Shown here piece after piece: positions 34,811-46,100 of a stretch of DNA of 64,000 nucleotides (within the stretch, counting starts at the first letter, position 1; each line of letters begins with the position of its first letter). This DNA comes from Plasmodiophora brassicae. Lineage: Eukaryota. The translations under genes were made by a program, and so were the position numbers. The notes beneath the pieces are model-generated. The model worked only from the letters and a program-made list of their open reading frames with translations, was not told the DNA's origin and searched no databases. The stretch covers positions 124,001-188,000 of the forward strand of contig CP145422.1 in the NCBI GenBank assembly GCA_036867785.1. The letters are read 5' to 3'.

Positions 34811-35738
34811 TTACTTTGATTGCCGGTACATCCGCGACTGGACGATGATGAGAACGTCGAAGGCGAGCGTGCCGATGCTGCCGAGCAGGTACGGGAGCTT
34901 CTTGACGCAGAACTCGGCCCAGAAGTTGTCCGTGACGACCGGCGCGGCTTGCTCGATGACGGCGTCGACGATGATCCGCAGGCCGTACGTCGTGTTCGCC
35001 GCCACGAACAGCATGAACATGGCCGGGGACAGGTCGTCGCAGCGCTTCTCCTGGTAGTTCTTGACGACCTGAGGGATACGCGCGAAAAAGAACAACGCAT
35101 TGCCGAGCCAGGCCAGGACGGTCCCGGTCGTCGTCACCCAGAACGCCAGATTCTCCTCGGGAACGCAGAGCACCTTGTTGTCTTGGAGCAGCGTCCTGGA
35201 CGCAGCCGATGACGGTACGGTCGTGGACGTGAACGACGACAGGGTTCCCGTGGTGAACAGCGCAACGCCGAACAGAGCAACAGCCGCCTTCCTCGTCGCC
35301 GACGTCCTCGCGCCGTATCGCTTCGGGTAGACGCGGTTGTAGTAGTACATCTGCGACAGCATGACGGCGTCATCGAACAGGAAGTACCCGCCGAGGACAA
35401 CCATGGTCAGCGGCTGCTGCAACAGGACACTTGATATGAAGTTCGAAATGTCAGCGACGGCGCGGACGACGATGAACGCTGCCGATAGCGATTCGCAATG
35501 CTTGTTGCGGTAGTTGCGCCAGTACTGAGGCAGGCCTGCCGTCATCCATGCCAGGATGGACAATACGCCTGCAAGGTGACGTCAGGACGCGGCGTACGGC
35601 ACAGACGGGGAACGACGAACCCAGCATTGACGGGACATATTCGAGCGGCGTGTAGACGCATTCGCCAAAGACGGTCCCCATGAACTGAGAGTACCGGTAC
35701 CCATTCTTGTAGATCGGTTCGCATTCACACCACGCCAT
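34811..35738 (-). CDS. PQ-loop transporter (PQLC2/Ypq-like)
   Basis: GLPQYWRNYRNKHCESLS and ARIPQVVKNYQEKRCDDLS; PYLLGSIGTL. Confidence 0.85.
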
Positions 35739-36699
35739 CGCGGACGCTTGCAACGGATTTGCAATTGGGCGCTCCCGTCAGCGATCAGGTCACCCCGAAG
35801 CAACAACGCAAAAGAAAGTCCGTGGCTGACTGGCCCTACAGCTCGGCCGACTGTAGCAGCAACGCCTGCGCCCAGCACCGCTGTGTCGGCCGCCTGTGGC
35901 CGGTGCACTCCGTAGCCAGCAGCCCGCTCACGAACGAGGTCGCTTAAGGTTGGCCCGTTTCAGGATCCGAAACGTCAGCTTCTGATTATTAGGTAGACTG
36001 ATCGGGACGTTCTTTCCGTTGCACCGTTTTAATGGTTCCCTGGAGAGTCGTTACGTACTATGACGTTGCCAAAGAGTTCGGGATGAGGGCGCTACCAGCC
36101 AACGGTTCCGGGCGCTGGTTAACCACCTTCGGCGGTTCGAGACCGTTTTGCGATCGGGTCTCTGCAACGTTTCGTATCTGGGCAATATAGGCTATATACA
36201 CCCAAGTGTCGCTTAGTTAAGCGAGCGAGTTTCGGGGCCTCGTAACAACACGACAAGCTGGGTTGGTCGTGTCACGATCGGAGAGTGTTGAGGTATTCGC
36301 AGACAATATGAACATGTTGAGTTATTCTCCACCGAGCTACGCTGCAGCCGCGTACGACGGGGAAAGAAGGCGCGTCCTGTGATCAAAGTGCCGAAACGAT
36401 TACTGGCGCATCGGGACCGCTGCGCTGCGGCCAAGAGCAGCTATCGAAGACGATGACTGTTGTTGAGCATAATGCTGCACAGTATAGATATTCTCGAATG
36501 CTGAACTCGTTCGGTTACGGTAACTTAAGACAGAAGGCACAACACCCCAGATGTTGTTCAGTTCCTAGCGGAAAAGTAACATTTCCACTGGCAGTAACAG
36601 GTCCTGTGCATCTGATCTGACGGGTTGATCCCAGTACAGTATGTTTGGTTCAAACGTGCTCAGTGATGTTTTGTCAGGAATCCACAGCGTGCTGCCAAG

Positions 36700-38979
36700 T
36701 CAGACGACGTCACCATTGTGGCAACGCTGTTGGATGAACGTAGACATCTCGGCGTGGCGCGCGCTGACGACTTCCATGAAAAGCCTTTCGACGGTTCGGA
36801 TACAATCATTACTGCCATCATCATCAAGGACTTGCCACAAGGTGACCTCCGACAGCATGTTCAAGAACGTGCGGTTCTTGAACTTGTCACGAGCGTCCAC
36901 CAACCGGCAAAAGTCGTCCAACGACGCCAACCTGATGTGTAGAGAAATCACCATCTGGGACAACTTCTCCATCAGACCGTCTAGGTGCTGGCGCCAACGG
37001 TGGAACACGTCGACGTCTCTGACGTGAACGGCGTAACGAGTCGCTTCGTAAACAGTATGCGCAGCCGTATGCAGGATCGTCCAGCCAGCAGGAACGTCTC
37101 GGTGCACTACAACCTCATTCAGAATGCCCAGGCGTTTCCCTTGTGCCAGGACAATCTCAACAGCAGGAAGACCCATCATGACCGCCCAGTGGATCACTGA
37201 CAAACCGTCATAGCACCCGAGAAGGAATCTCTGAAGGACCCCGTCGCCCCTACGATTCCGAATCAAGTTCAGCGTTGTGGCGAGCGGTTCGGCGCGAGCT
37301 TTGGAAAACAAGATGGCCGCATGGTGGCGGTTCACGCGGGATGGAAGAGGCGGTGCCAGATGGGAGATGATCAAGGTCGTCGAAGGGGGCCGCGACAAGA
37401 ATGCGACTTTGCCTCGAGGACTGCCCGCACAAGCCACCATCGCGACTTCGTACGAAGACATGGTCCTATTGGCGGCTGCCAGCACTGCCACGATGGGTAC
37501 GACGTGTTGTTCGTGACTGGGGCTCCGCATCCAGAATTCCATGCAGGAGTCGCCTTTGACAACGCGTTGCAACGCTCCCCAGATCCAGTCCCGGCTTGAT
37601 GCACGACGCAGGATCCATTTAACGATGTGGCCCGTCATGCACTTCTTATGGAAGATTGTGTACCCGTCTTCGTTGACGTGACGTAAAGCCGCCTGGACTT
37701 GGTCGTCGGTCGCGTGTCGCACTAAGCGATCCAGCACGGTCACGGGATCAGCTATGCCGCACACGAAGAGATTGGTAAGTGCAGAGACACCAGGGCCACT
37801 GAGGATCACAGTGTCATCATCGAACATGGCCAGCAGCTGGCGAACAGGGAGCCGGTTGGAGAATTCATCTCCAATCGCGAGGGCAAGAACGCGACGCTTC
37901 CAGTTACGCTCGTCAAACCCGTCCCCGAATCGTCGGCGAAGAGCGCCCAAACAGGTTTCCAGCAGGACCGGTTTGTTGTCATTCGGCAGTCTCAAACGCC
38001 GTCTCAGGGGCTCGAAATGGAGCGCAAGTCCCCAGTAGGAGTAAGCGAGGAAGTCATCGTCTGCCTCCAGAAACGTCATCAAATGCTCCGCGAACGTAAA
38101 TGCCTCGTCGCTGCCCGCGGTGTACCCTCGAACGCCACCGCTGTAGGAATGTGGGTTCATGTCAGAACCCAGCATTATGAGCAGGTTCGCCGCGCGGAAA
38201 TAGCCTTCAGTTGTGGCTGTGTCCAGGAGACCGGTAATATCCATTCCGTGTGCCACCATGACCTTCAGTAGGTCAAAGTCCAGGTCGCCATTCCGGATCT
38301 GCTCCTCAATATCGCAGTACGCCAGACCAGATAGGGCCATTCGCACCAAGTTGCGGTGGTGTTCAGGAAGCAGTTGCAGCAGAGCAGACGTAATACTGTC
38401 TCGTTCGTCGTACGGGACGGGGAATTTGTCAGACGCGGCAATTCGTTCGGATGCTGACGCCGCGTAGGCGTCAAAGCCTGCGACATCAAGAAAAGAGATA
38501 GAATGTTGGCGAAGGAACTGAAAGGCGCGCAAAGCTCGTTCCCGGTGCTGGATGTCAGCACTCCGTTGCGATGTGTGTCGTATAGCAACTCCAAGGGCAT
38601 ATCCGTCAGCCAATCGCCAATCGACGACAATCGTCTTGAGCATCATCCGGAAATGGCCTGCATCAATGTCATGGTCACCGTTGAGCAGATGGTCAGGGAG
38701 TAGGATCTGGGGGCGCAACGGCACCCGGCGATGGAGACATTCATGGATCCATTCCGCAGATGGATCGCGAAGATAGTCGATGGCGTGGGGATCCTCGAAG
38801 TACGACAGAAGCGTCGTAAGGTTGGCTTCCGGTTTGAACAGCATCTCCCACTGACGCCTCGAGGTCAGGTCGGGTTCAAAACATGTCGTGAAACGATCGT
38901 GGGTGTCATCATCAACGCGGGCCGTGCGTCCAATTGCCACCACGCTGAACGCAAGAACGATGACGCGAGTGAACGCCAT
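36700..38979 (-). CDS. Intronless signal-peptide protein with degenerate ankyrin-like repeats (candidate effector)
   Basis: MAFTRVIVLAFSVVAIG; GYTIFH, GLSVIHWAV, GWTILHTAA; long ORF (upstream ATG 39012). Confidence 0.65.
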   Translation of the reverse strand: MAFTRVIVLAFSVVAIGRTARVDDDTHDRFTTCFEPDLTSRRQWEMLFKPEANLTTLLSYFEDPHAIDYLRDPSAEWIHECLHRRVPLRPQILLPDHLLNGDHDIDAGHFRMMLKTIVVDWRLADGYALGVAIRHTSQRSADIQHRERALRAFQFLRQHSISFLDVAGFDAYAASASERIAASDKFPVPYDERDSITSALLQLLPEHHRNLVRMALSGLAYCDIEEQIRNGDLDFDLLKVMVAHGMDITGLLDTATTEGYFRAANLLIMLGSDMNPHSYSGGVRGYTAGSDEAFTFAEHLMTFLEADDDFLAYSYWGLALHFEPLRRRLRLPNDNKPVLLETCLGALRRRFGDGFDERNWKRRVLALAIGDEFSNRLPVRQLLAMFDDDTVILSGPGVSALTNLFVCGIADPVTVLDRLVRHATDDQVQAALRHVNEDGYTIFHKKCMTGHIVKWILRRASSRDWIWGALQRVVKGDSCMEFWMRSPSHEQHVVPIVAVLAAANRTMSSYEVAMVACAGSPRGKVAFLSRPPSTTLIISHLAPPLPSRVNRHHAAILFSKARAEPLATTLNLIRNRRGDGVLQRFLLGCYDGLSVIHWAVMMGLPAVEIVLAQGKRLGILNEVVVHRDVPAGWTILHTAAHTVYEATRYAVHVRDVDVFHRWRQHLDGLMEKLSQMVISLHIRLASLDDFCRLVDARDKFKNRTFLNMLSEVTLWQVLDDDGSNDCIRTVERLFMEVVSARHAEMSTFIQQRCHNGDVV

Positions 38980-39169
38980 CGGAATTCCGGAATGAAGCAG
39001 CCTCCGCCACATGCACGCGCGCCGACCACTGCGGATCGGGTCGAACTTCGGTGCCCCGAAATAGAATCCGGGGTCGCGGACTTCCGTGGACGGCGCGACT
39101 CACGAGGTGGAGAAAGGTTGGGCCCGAGACGCGGACGCCCGTTTTGTCCGCCCAGCGCAGAGGAGACCA

Positions 39170-40100
39170 ATGATGCAGTACGTAGATCGAATACATTGAC
39201 GACATACGAAGGATGGCAGTTCCCTACAGGCCGCCGGCAGGTACGACCGCATCGACAGGGACGCGGTCGCCCGATCCGATCTGGCCGACGTGCCGGCCGA
39301 CGCGCTCCGCCCTTGCGACCCACCAACAGCGCCCGTCAGATCAGGGCAGTGGGCGTTGGCGTCCGTGAGCAAGCTGACAACCGACCACGTGCGGCTGGTC
39401 CCCAGTGCTCGTACTTTACCGCCATCCAGTCTCGTTCAGGATGCCCTGTCCCGGACGCGAGTTCAAACCCGGAAAGGCGTCCGAGCGGTCGTGTCCAGGC
39501 GGTAGGCGGCATCCGACATAGGACTGCTGGGGAGGACTTGTTCTGCAGGCGCGGGTCGTGAACGACAACGACAGGAGGGTTCGACTCGGCCTGGCACCTG
39601 CCGCAATCGGCAACGGCTACCGCGAGATCATCGTGGATGCGACTGCCGTACATGCGGGCACCTTCCGATGGGGAAGTGCCTCGGGACGACTCGGCAATGT
39701 CGAATTGTAAACGCCATCGCTGACGAACTAGTATTCAACAACTGTACATTCTGGTGGTTCGATGGTGGAACAGTACACAACGACAGCCACAGTTCGGTGC
39801 CCCTCGATTGTCTAATAGCCCCGCAGTCTCAACCGTTCTTCCACATGAATGAATGGCTGTCATCAACGCGACAAGCATCAGGAGGCTGCTCGACAATATC
39901 CGATTCGACGTCGGGACAGCAGGAGGGAAGTGGTATCCCGACAGTGTGCACTATCAGCTGACCGATGTGCATGTTTTCTGGGCGTGTACAGGGTTGTGTG
40001 CACCAATGGTCACCTTGACCGTTGGAGATGGCTGGCAATACCTGGGACCACGACTCGAAGGATTGCCCGCCTCTGCTCCGCATACAAGAACATTGTCGTG
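39170..40100 (+). CDS. Possible multi-exon hypothetical gene
   Basis: Several GT..AG intron-like gaps separating short open frames; no recognisable domain. Confidence 0.25.
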
Positions 40101-40102
40101 CA

Positions 40103-43100
40103 TTATTCTAGTAGAAGTCTCGCCGCCTCATCCTGGTCGGCAAACGGGTCCTCGAGCGGGACCACCGGAGGCGATGCCGCTGGATGCTGCTCCTGCGGCT
40201 GCTGCTGCTGCTGGTCGTGATGGCCCACCGCGAATCCATCCCAGGAGGGCATTGCCGCAGGGGCCGGCACCACCGGGTCGTCTTTCCCGTCGGTGTCGCT
40301 GTCGCTCGTAGCGTTGCCCGAATCCCTCGTCGACGACGACATGCCGGAGCCGACCCCGGACCCAACGACGACGTCGTCGGAGGCGTTGGCGAGGACCGCC
40401 ATCGTGACCTGCCCCAGGGCGACGCCGCCGGCGTCGTCCGTGCCGACCTGCTTGGGCGACGACTCGATCGTGGCGCCCGACTGCCGCACGAGCCGTTTGG
40501 CGAACAGCGACCCGCGCCGGATGGCGGTCGGGGGGACGCCCCCGGGCAGGGCGTCCTGGCGGTCGTCGCCGTCCGCCTCGTCGTTCTGCTCGTCGACCTC
40601 GGCGACGAGGTTGTCGGCCTCGGCGCCCAGGCCGCTGCTCGTGCGGCGGTGCCGGACGGCGCCGCTGCCGACGCGGCGGTGCTGGCCGATGGCGGCCGTG
40701 AAGCGCTTGGCGGCCGACGCCGCCTTCATCAGCCCGTTCACCGAGTTGATCGCCGTGCTCGACGGCGTGTCGCGCGTGAACTCGGACGACGGGAACGGGT
40801 CCGTCGCCAGCCGCACGAAGTAGGTGACGTCCGACGGCAGCAGCGCGATCGTCCTGGCGAACGCCAGCAGCGCCTGCTGCCGGCCGACCGCCCGCTTGAC
40901 CTGGTTGCTGCAGTGCAGCAGGTTCGGCGGGCACGACAGCGCCAGGCGCGCCGCCGAGTCCACCTGCACACGCGCACGCGTCTCAGACGTCGTCGTCACG
41001 CCCGTCTCCGTCTCTCTCTCACCGTCCCGCCGAACACGGAATGGCGCAGGCGCATGCCCGGCAGGATCGCCGACAGCAGGCCGCCGACGTCCATGCCGCC
41101 GGCCACGTCGAGGCAGCGCTCGGGCAGGTCGCCCCTGGACGCCTGCAGGTCGCCCGCCCGTTTGATCATCCTCAGCGCCGCCTGCCGCATCGTCACCAGC
41201 TGGCACACACACACACCGCACACACCGCACACAGACCTGGATCGTGCTCGTCAGGCGCATGCGCCGGTCGGTGTCCACGTCGGCGTCCGGCTTCGTGGCG
41301 CCGCCCGCGTCGTCGTCGTCGAACTCGAACTCCTCCTGCGCGTGCCGGAGCCCGCACACGAAGACGAACGACCCGCCGGCACTGGTTCGCAGGGCGTCAC
41401 CGGTGAGGGGCGGGCGGTTGCACCGGCCGCGCGCGCACACGTACCTCAGGACGTGGATGCACGAGTACTCGTGGCAGATGGAGACCCAGTCCTCGAACAG
41501 GAGCGAGATGATGCTGATGGCCTCGTGCGGCGCCGCCCGGAACCGGTCGATCAGGGCGGGCAGGCCGACCAGCTCGACCTGCGCCACCGACACGTTGTTG
41601 CAGAGCCAGCCGCGCGGCTCGAACGACGTGTCCAGCGCGCTGGCGATCGGCCGGGGCACCAGCCTGACGCGGAGAGAAGTTAGGCTGGCGCGACACGCGT
41701 CGGACGCGCGACCCACCTGGGAAGGATGCTCTTCACCGTCTGCCTGTGCTCGTTGCCGAGCCACTCGAGGAAGAAGTGTTGGCGGACGGTGCGCTCGCGA
41801 GCGTAACTGGCGACGACGCTACAGGAGACGGCGGCGAGGTACACGCCGAGGTACAGGGCGGTCAGCGGCCAGGCGAACCGCAGGACGACCAGGTAGTCGA
41901 GGACGAAGACGACCGCGAACGACAGCCCTGGACGGCGACACACACACACACACAACGTCAGCGTGGCGGCGCAAGGCGGCGACACAACAGCGGGAGGGCC
42001 CCCACCTAGGACGGCGCATTGCACGAACCTCAGCCCGTCCACGTCGAGCGTCGCCGTGCAATGCGCGACGGCCAGCAGCGTCGTGACGAGGTTGGGCCGC
42101 GCGTACCGGTTCCGGCTGGTCAGCAGGGCAATGTACCCGAACGCCTATACGACCGTCAAGATCGGGCGCGCCCCACCCGGCCCTTCCTACGTTAATGGCC
42201 TGCAGGGCGATCTGGAACACGTAGACGCCGGCCGCGAACCGGCCCTGCTCCAGGAACCGGGTCAGGCGGGCGCTCCACACCGGCGACTGAATGAGGGCGC
42301 TCAGGCCGCCGCCCATCACCTGCACAGCACGCGCGGTCAGTCGACCTCGATGAGGGCGCGCGCGTGCCAGGGCGCCCGACCAGGTACAGGAACAGCAGCG
42401 TGAACCCGGCGGCGTCGAACCCGAAGAACAGGTTCGTCAGCAGCTCGATGACGCCCAGCGCCAGCGCCTTGTCGTACCCGGCCGCCAGGCGCTTCACCAG
42501 GCCGTTCCCGACGTACCTGCCAAAGTCGTCCTCCAGCGTGGCCCTTTACGCGGGCGGTCAACGCGGGCACACACACACGTACGACGACACGGGCACGCAC
42601 CATGGCATCGTCTTGAACGCGCTCGACTCCACGATCTGGTTGACGTCGTACCGCAGCGTCCATCTGTGACACCGCTGCCCTGGTCAGCATTGCGACAGCG
42701 CGGGCGACGAACGCACGTCTGCCCCCGACCGGTGCAACGGGACGTCGATCGCCTGCAGGCTGGCCTGTCGGGTCGGGGTCAGCGAAGGGTGCACGTCAAT
42801 CGACAATGGGAGCGCCACCATACGTCTTGTTCCTCGAGGCGGACGTGGACGCCGAGGTGCTTGACGTACCCGTCCGTGTCGATGGCGCGCTCGATGTGGT
42901 CGAACTCGGCCTTGACGGGTCCGACCAGGCGGTAGACGTGCCGGTGCCCGTCGGTGAACGCCAATCGCAGCGACGCGCGCTTCGCGTCCTCGTCGTTGTT
43001 CCCGTCCACTGTGTGGCAGGGGCGGCCATCAGCGAGCGATCAGTGAACCGCCAGGCGCCCCCGGGGGGCGTACCGTGCGCCAGGCGGTACGGGTCGTTCG

Positions 43101-46100
43101 TGTTCATCAGCGGCAACGACGGGTTCTGCGCGTGGTGCAGGCGGTCGAGCGACTTGAGGTAGTTGCCAAAGTCGAGCGCCTGCGCCACCGAGTTGGCCAG
43201 GCCCGCCTCGATCATGAAGGCGACGGCGTCCCGCCCCAGGAAGCAGTTGTCGAAGGCGGCCCCCTTGTACAGGCGCGTCTCGAAGCGCAGGTTGTTCTGC
43301 AGGCCCAGGGCGAGCGCCTGCGCGTCGACGCGCTCGGCGCTGTTCAGGCGGAACAGGGCGCGCCGGCCGTCGCGGAACGGGCGGCGCGGGTCGATCGCGT
43401 CCTGCAGGAAGCTCCTGGCCGTCAGGTAGGACGCGATCTCGACCGCCTCATCGCGGCTCCCGGCGAGCTTGTGCGCCAGGATCAGGTCGACGCAGGCGGC
43501 GCCGGTGAACGTCTTCGGGTAGGCGCGGCACCAGCGCTGGTGCGTCGCGACCGGCAGCGCCCGGCGGATCGTGCGCACGACCCGCTTCAGGTCGACGTCG
43601 GGCGCGATCCGGAACCGGTACCACTCGCTGGCGCTGTCCACGAAGTCGCGGTCGGCGTCGACGGCCCCGACGATCACGTTGTGCATGCGCAGGGCGCTCC
43701 CGAGCCGCACCGCATCGAACCTGTGCGACACGCGCGTCACGTGCGTTCGTCGACGAAGGGCGGGCGCGCGACGCACCTGCTGACGCAGGCCTCGTTGCTG
43801 ACCAGCAGGTCGACGACGTCGCTGCCGGTGAAGCATCGGCGAACGGTGCGCAGGCCCAGGCAGCGGCGCCGGTCGGCGATGGTCAGCCGCGAGCGCAGCA
43901 TGGCGACGACGGCCTCGCTGAACGGCTCCGGTTCCGGTTCGGTCGGGCCCGCCGCCGCGTCGGTCGTCGTCGTCGTCGCGCCCGACCCGCTGTCATGCGA
44001 CGACAGGCGCGTCAGCGACGGCGCTGGCTCCCGGTTCCTGGACGACGCGCGCTGCTCCGACTCGGACCCGCCCGCCTTCTTCGGGAACGACACGGGCCGG
44101 GCGACGTACGCGTGCCGGACGAGCTGGTAGGTCGTCGCCGAGATGAAGATCTGGCCGGCGCCCGCGATCGTCTGCAGGGAGCGGGCGCCGCGCATCGCGT
44201 CCCCGAAGACGGACGTGTAGATCCTCGGGGGGATCGCGTCCGTGTCGGCGACGTCCCACTCGGGCAGGGCCGCCCGGGCCGCCCACCCGCTGTGCACGCC
44301 CATCGCCAGCGTCAGCATGACGCCGAACAGGGCGTGCGAGACGCGCGGGTCGTTCAGCTCGGCGAGTTGCACGGCGACGCGCGCCATCTCCACCGCCTGC
44401 GATGCGGTCAGCAGCCGAGGCAGCAGCAGCAGCATCACACGCGCCCCTGACCGAGTCGGACGGCGATTCGTTGTGCCCAGCGGACGCGACGAGCAGGGCG
44501 CCCTGGCCGGCGCCCATCACCGAGCAGTGCGCCTCGATGCGGGCGACGTTGCGCTTCAGGACCGTCTCGATGATGTCGTGGACCTTGCTGAGCAGGGCGA
44601 TCGCCTGCGACGGCGTCCGGTGCTGGATCAGCCGGGGCAGGTTGTCGATGCCAACGACGAGGACGGTGACGTTCGGCGACACGATCGTTGGGGCGCGCGA
44701 CAGGACGCGCGCGACGTACTCGCGGAACTCACTGATCATGCGAGCGGAGAGCAGCGCCGCCCGCTTCTCCGACACGGTCGTCATCGTGTGGCCCGCGTTC
44801 GGCACCATGTCCTGGACGACGGACGTCGACAGGTGGAACGCCAGGCGGTACCGGCGCTCCTGCAGGAACAGCAGGCGCTGGCGGCGCTCCCACGCGTAGC
44901 AGGTGGCGCCGCCAGCGACGGCGACGATCGCGTACATCAGGTCGAACAGGACGGCCTGGACGGGCGTGACCGCGAAGTACAGGTCGGACCAGGCCATGCC
45001 GATGAACGCGGCGTTCATCGTGACGGCGTCGAACGCGACCAGGGCGACGCCGTCGACGAAGGCCAGCGCGAACTGCGTCAGGACCAGGAACGGGTACAGG
45101 AGCGCCGGCAGCAGGCCGACGAACGCCGGCAGGGTCAGGTCGCTCTGACGCCGGGCGGCGTCGTCGCCGATCGCCGCCGCCGTCGGCCACATCGTCAGCG
45201 TCTTGATGACGGACAGGCCCACGAGGAGCAGGGCGACGTTCAGGCGCGTGGGCCCGCCCGACCGGAACCTGGACAGAGGGGCACAGGCAGGCCACGTCAG
45301 CAGCCAGCAGAGCGGCCCGCTCGAGCGCGCGCGCGCACCGGTCCAGCAGGGTGACGATGCCGCCGATCCAGCCGACGACGAGCAGGGCGCGGGGCGTGGC
45401 GAGCGGCGCCCCCTGCAGCATCTCGAACGGGCACTCGGCGAGCAGGGCGACGGCTAGCAGGAACAGCTTGACGCGGACGACGGCGAACAGGCGTCGCTCG
45501 CTGATGCACCGGAACGACGCCTCGCGGTCGTCGCAGTCGGCCCGGGCCCGGGACGCCATCAGCGGGTCGGCGCCGTCGCCGACCGCCGCCTGGAACCGCA
45601 GGGTCGCCCTGGCCAGCCGCATCGTGTAGACGGTCAGCGGCTGGGTGGACGGCGCCGCGAAGTTCTTCACGGACGCGCGCCTCGTCGACGCCTCGTTCGT
45701 CGACGCCGACGGCGACTGCATCATGAAGAAGGTGGCGATGGAGGAGCGGCGCCCGGTCGAGTCGGTCGTCGTCGCGTTTGACATCGTGCTCGTCATCCGC
45801 TGCACGATCGACATGCGACGGGCGGGCGCGTCCCCCGCGGCCGCCTGCGTTGCCGCGCCCGCTAGGCCCTTCAGCGCCGTCGTCGTCGTCGTCGTCGTCG
45901 ACGTCCGGCGGCCGGCCAGCAGGTCGCGACGGGACTGGGCCTGCACCGACAGCCGCCGAACCGAGATGTTGTCCGCCGTCCGCTCCACCGCCTCCGTGAT
46001 CGTCGTCGTCGAGCTCGACAGCGACGTGTTCCGGTGGTGCTTCGGCTCGGGCGACGCGGTCGGCGGCGGCGGCGCCTGCCCCGTGATCCCGTGCCAGACG

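Noticed and set aside
35950-36640. Possible snoRNA or ncRNA in the long intergenic gap
   Set aside because: No convincing paired C/D boxes with terminal stems could be identified by eye
41204-41953. CA-rich microsatellite patches
   Set aside because: Short low-complexity runs inside predicted introns; unremarkable
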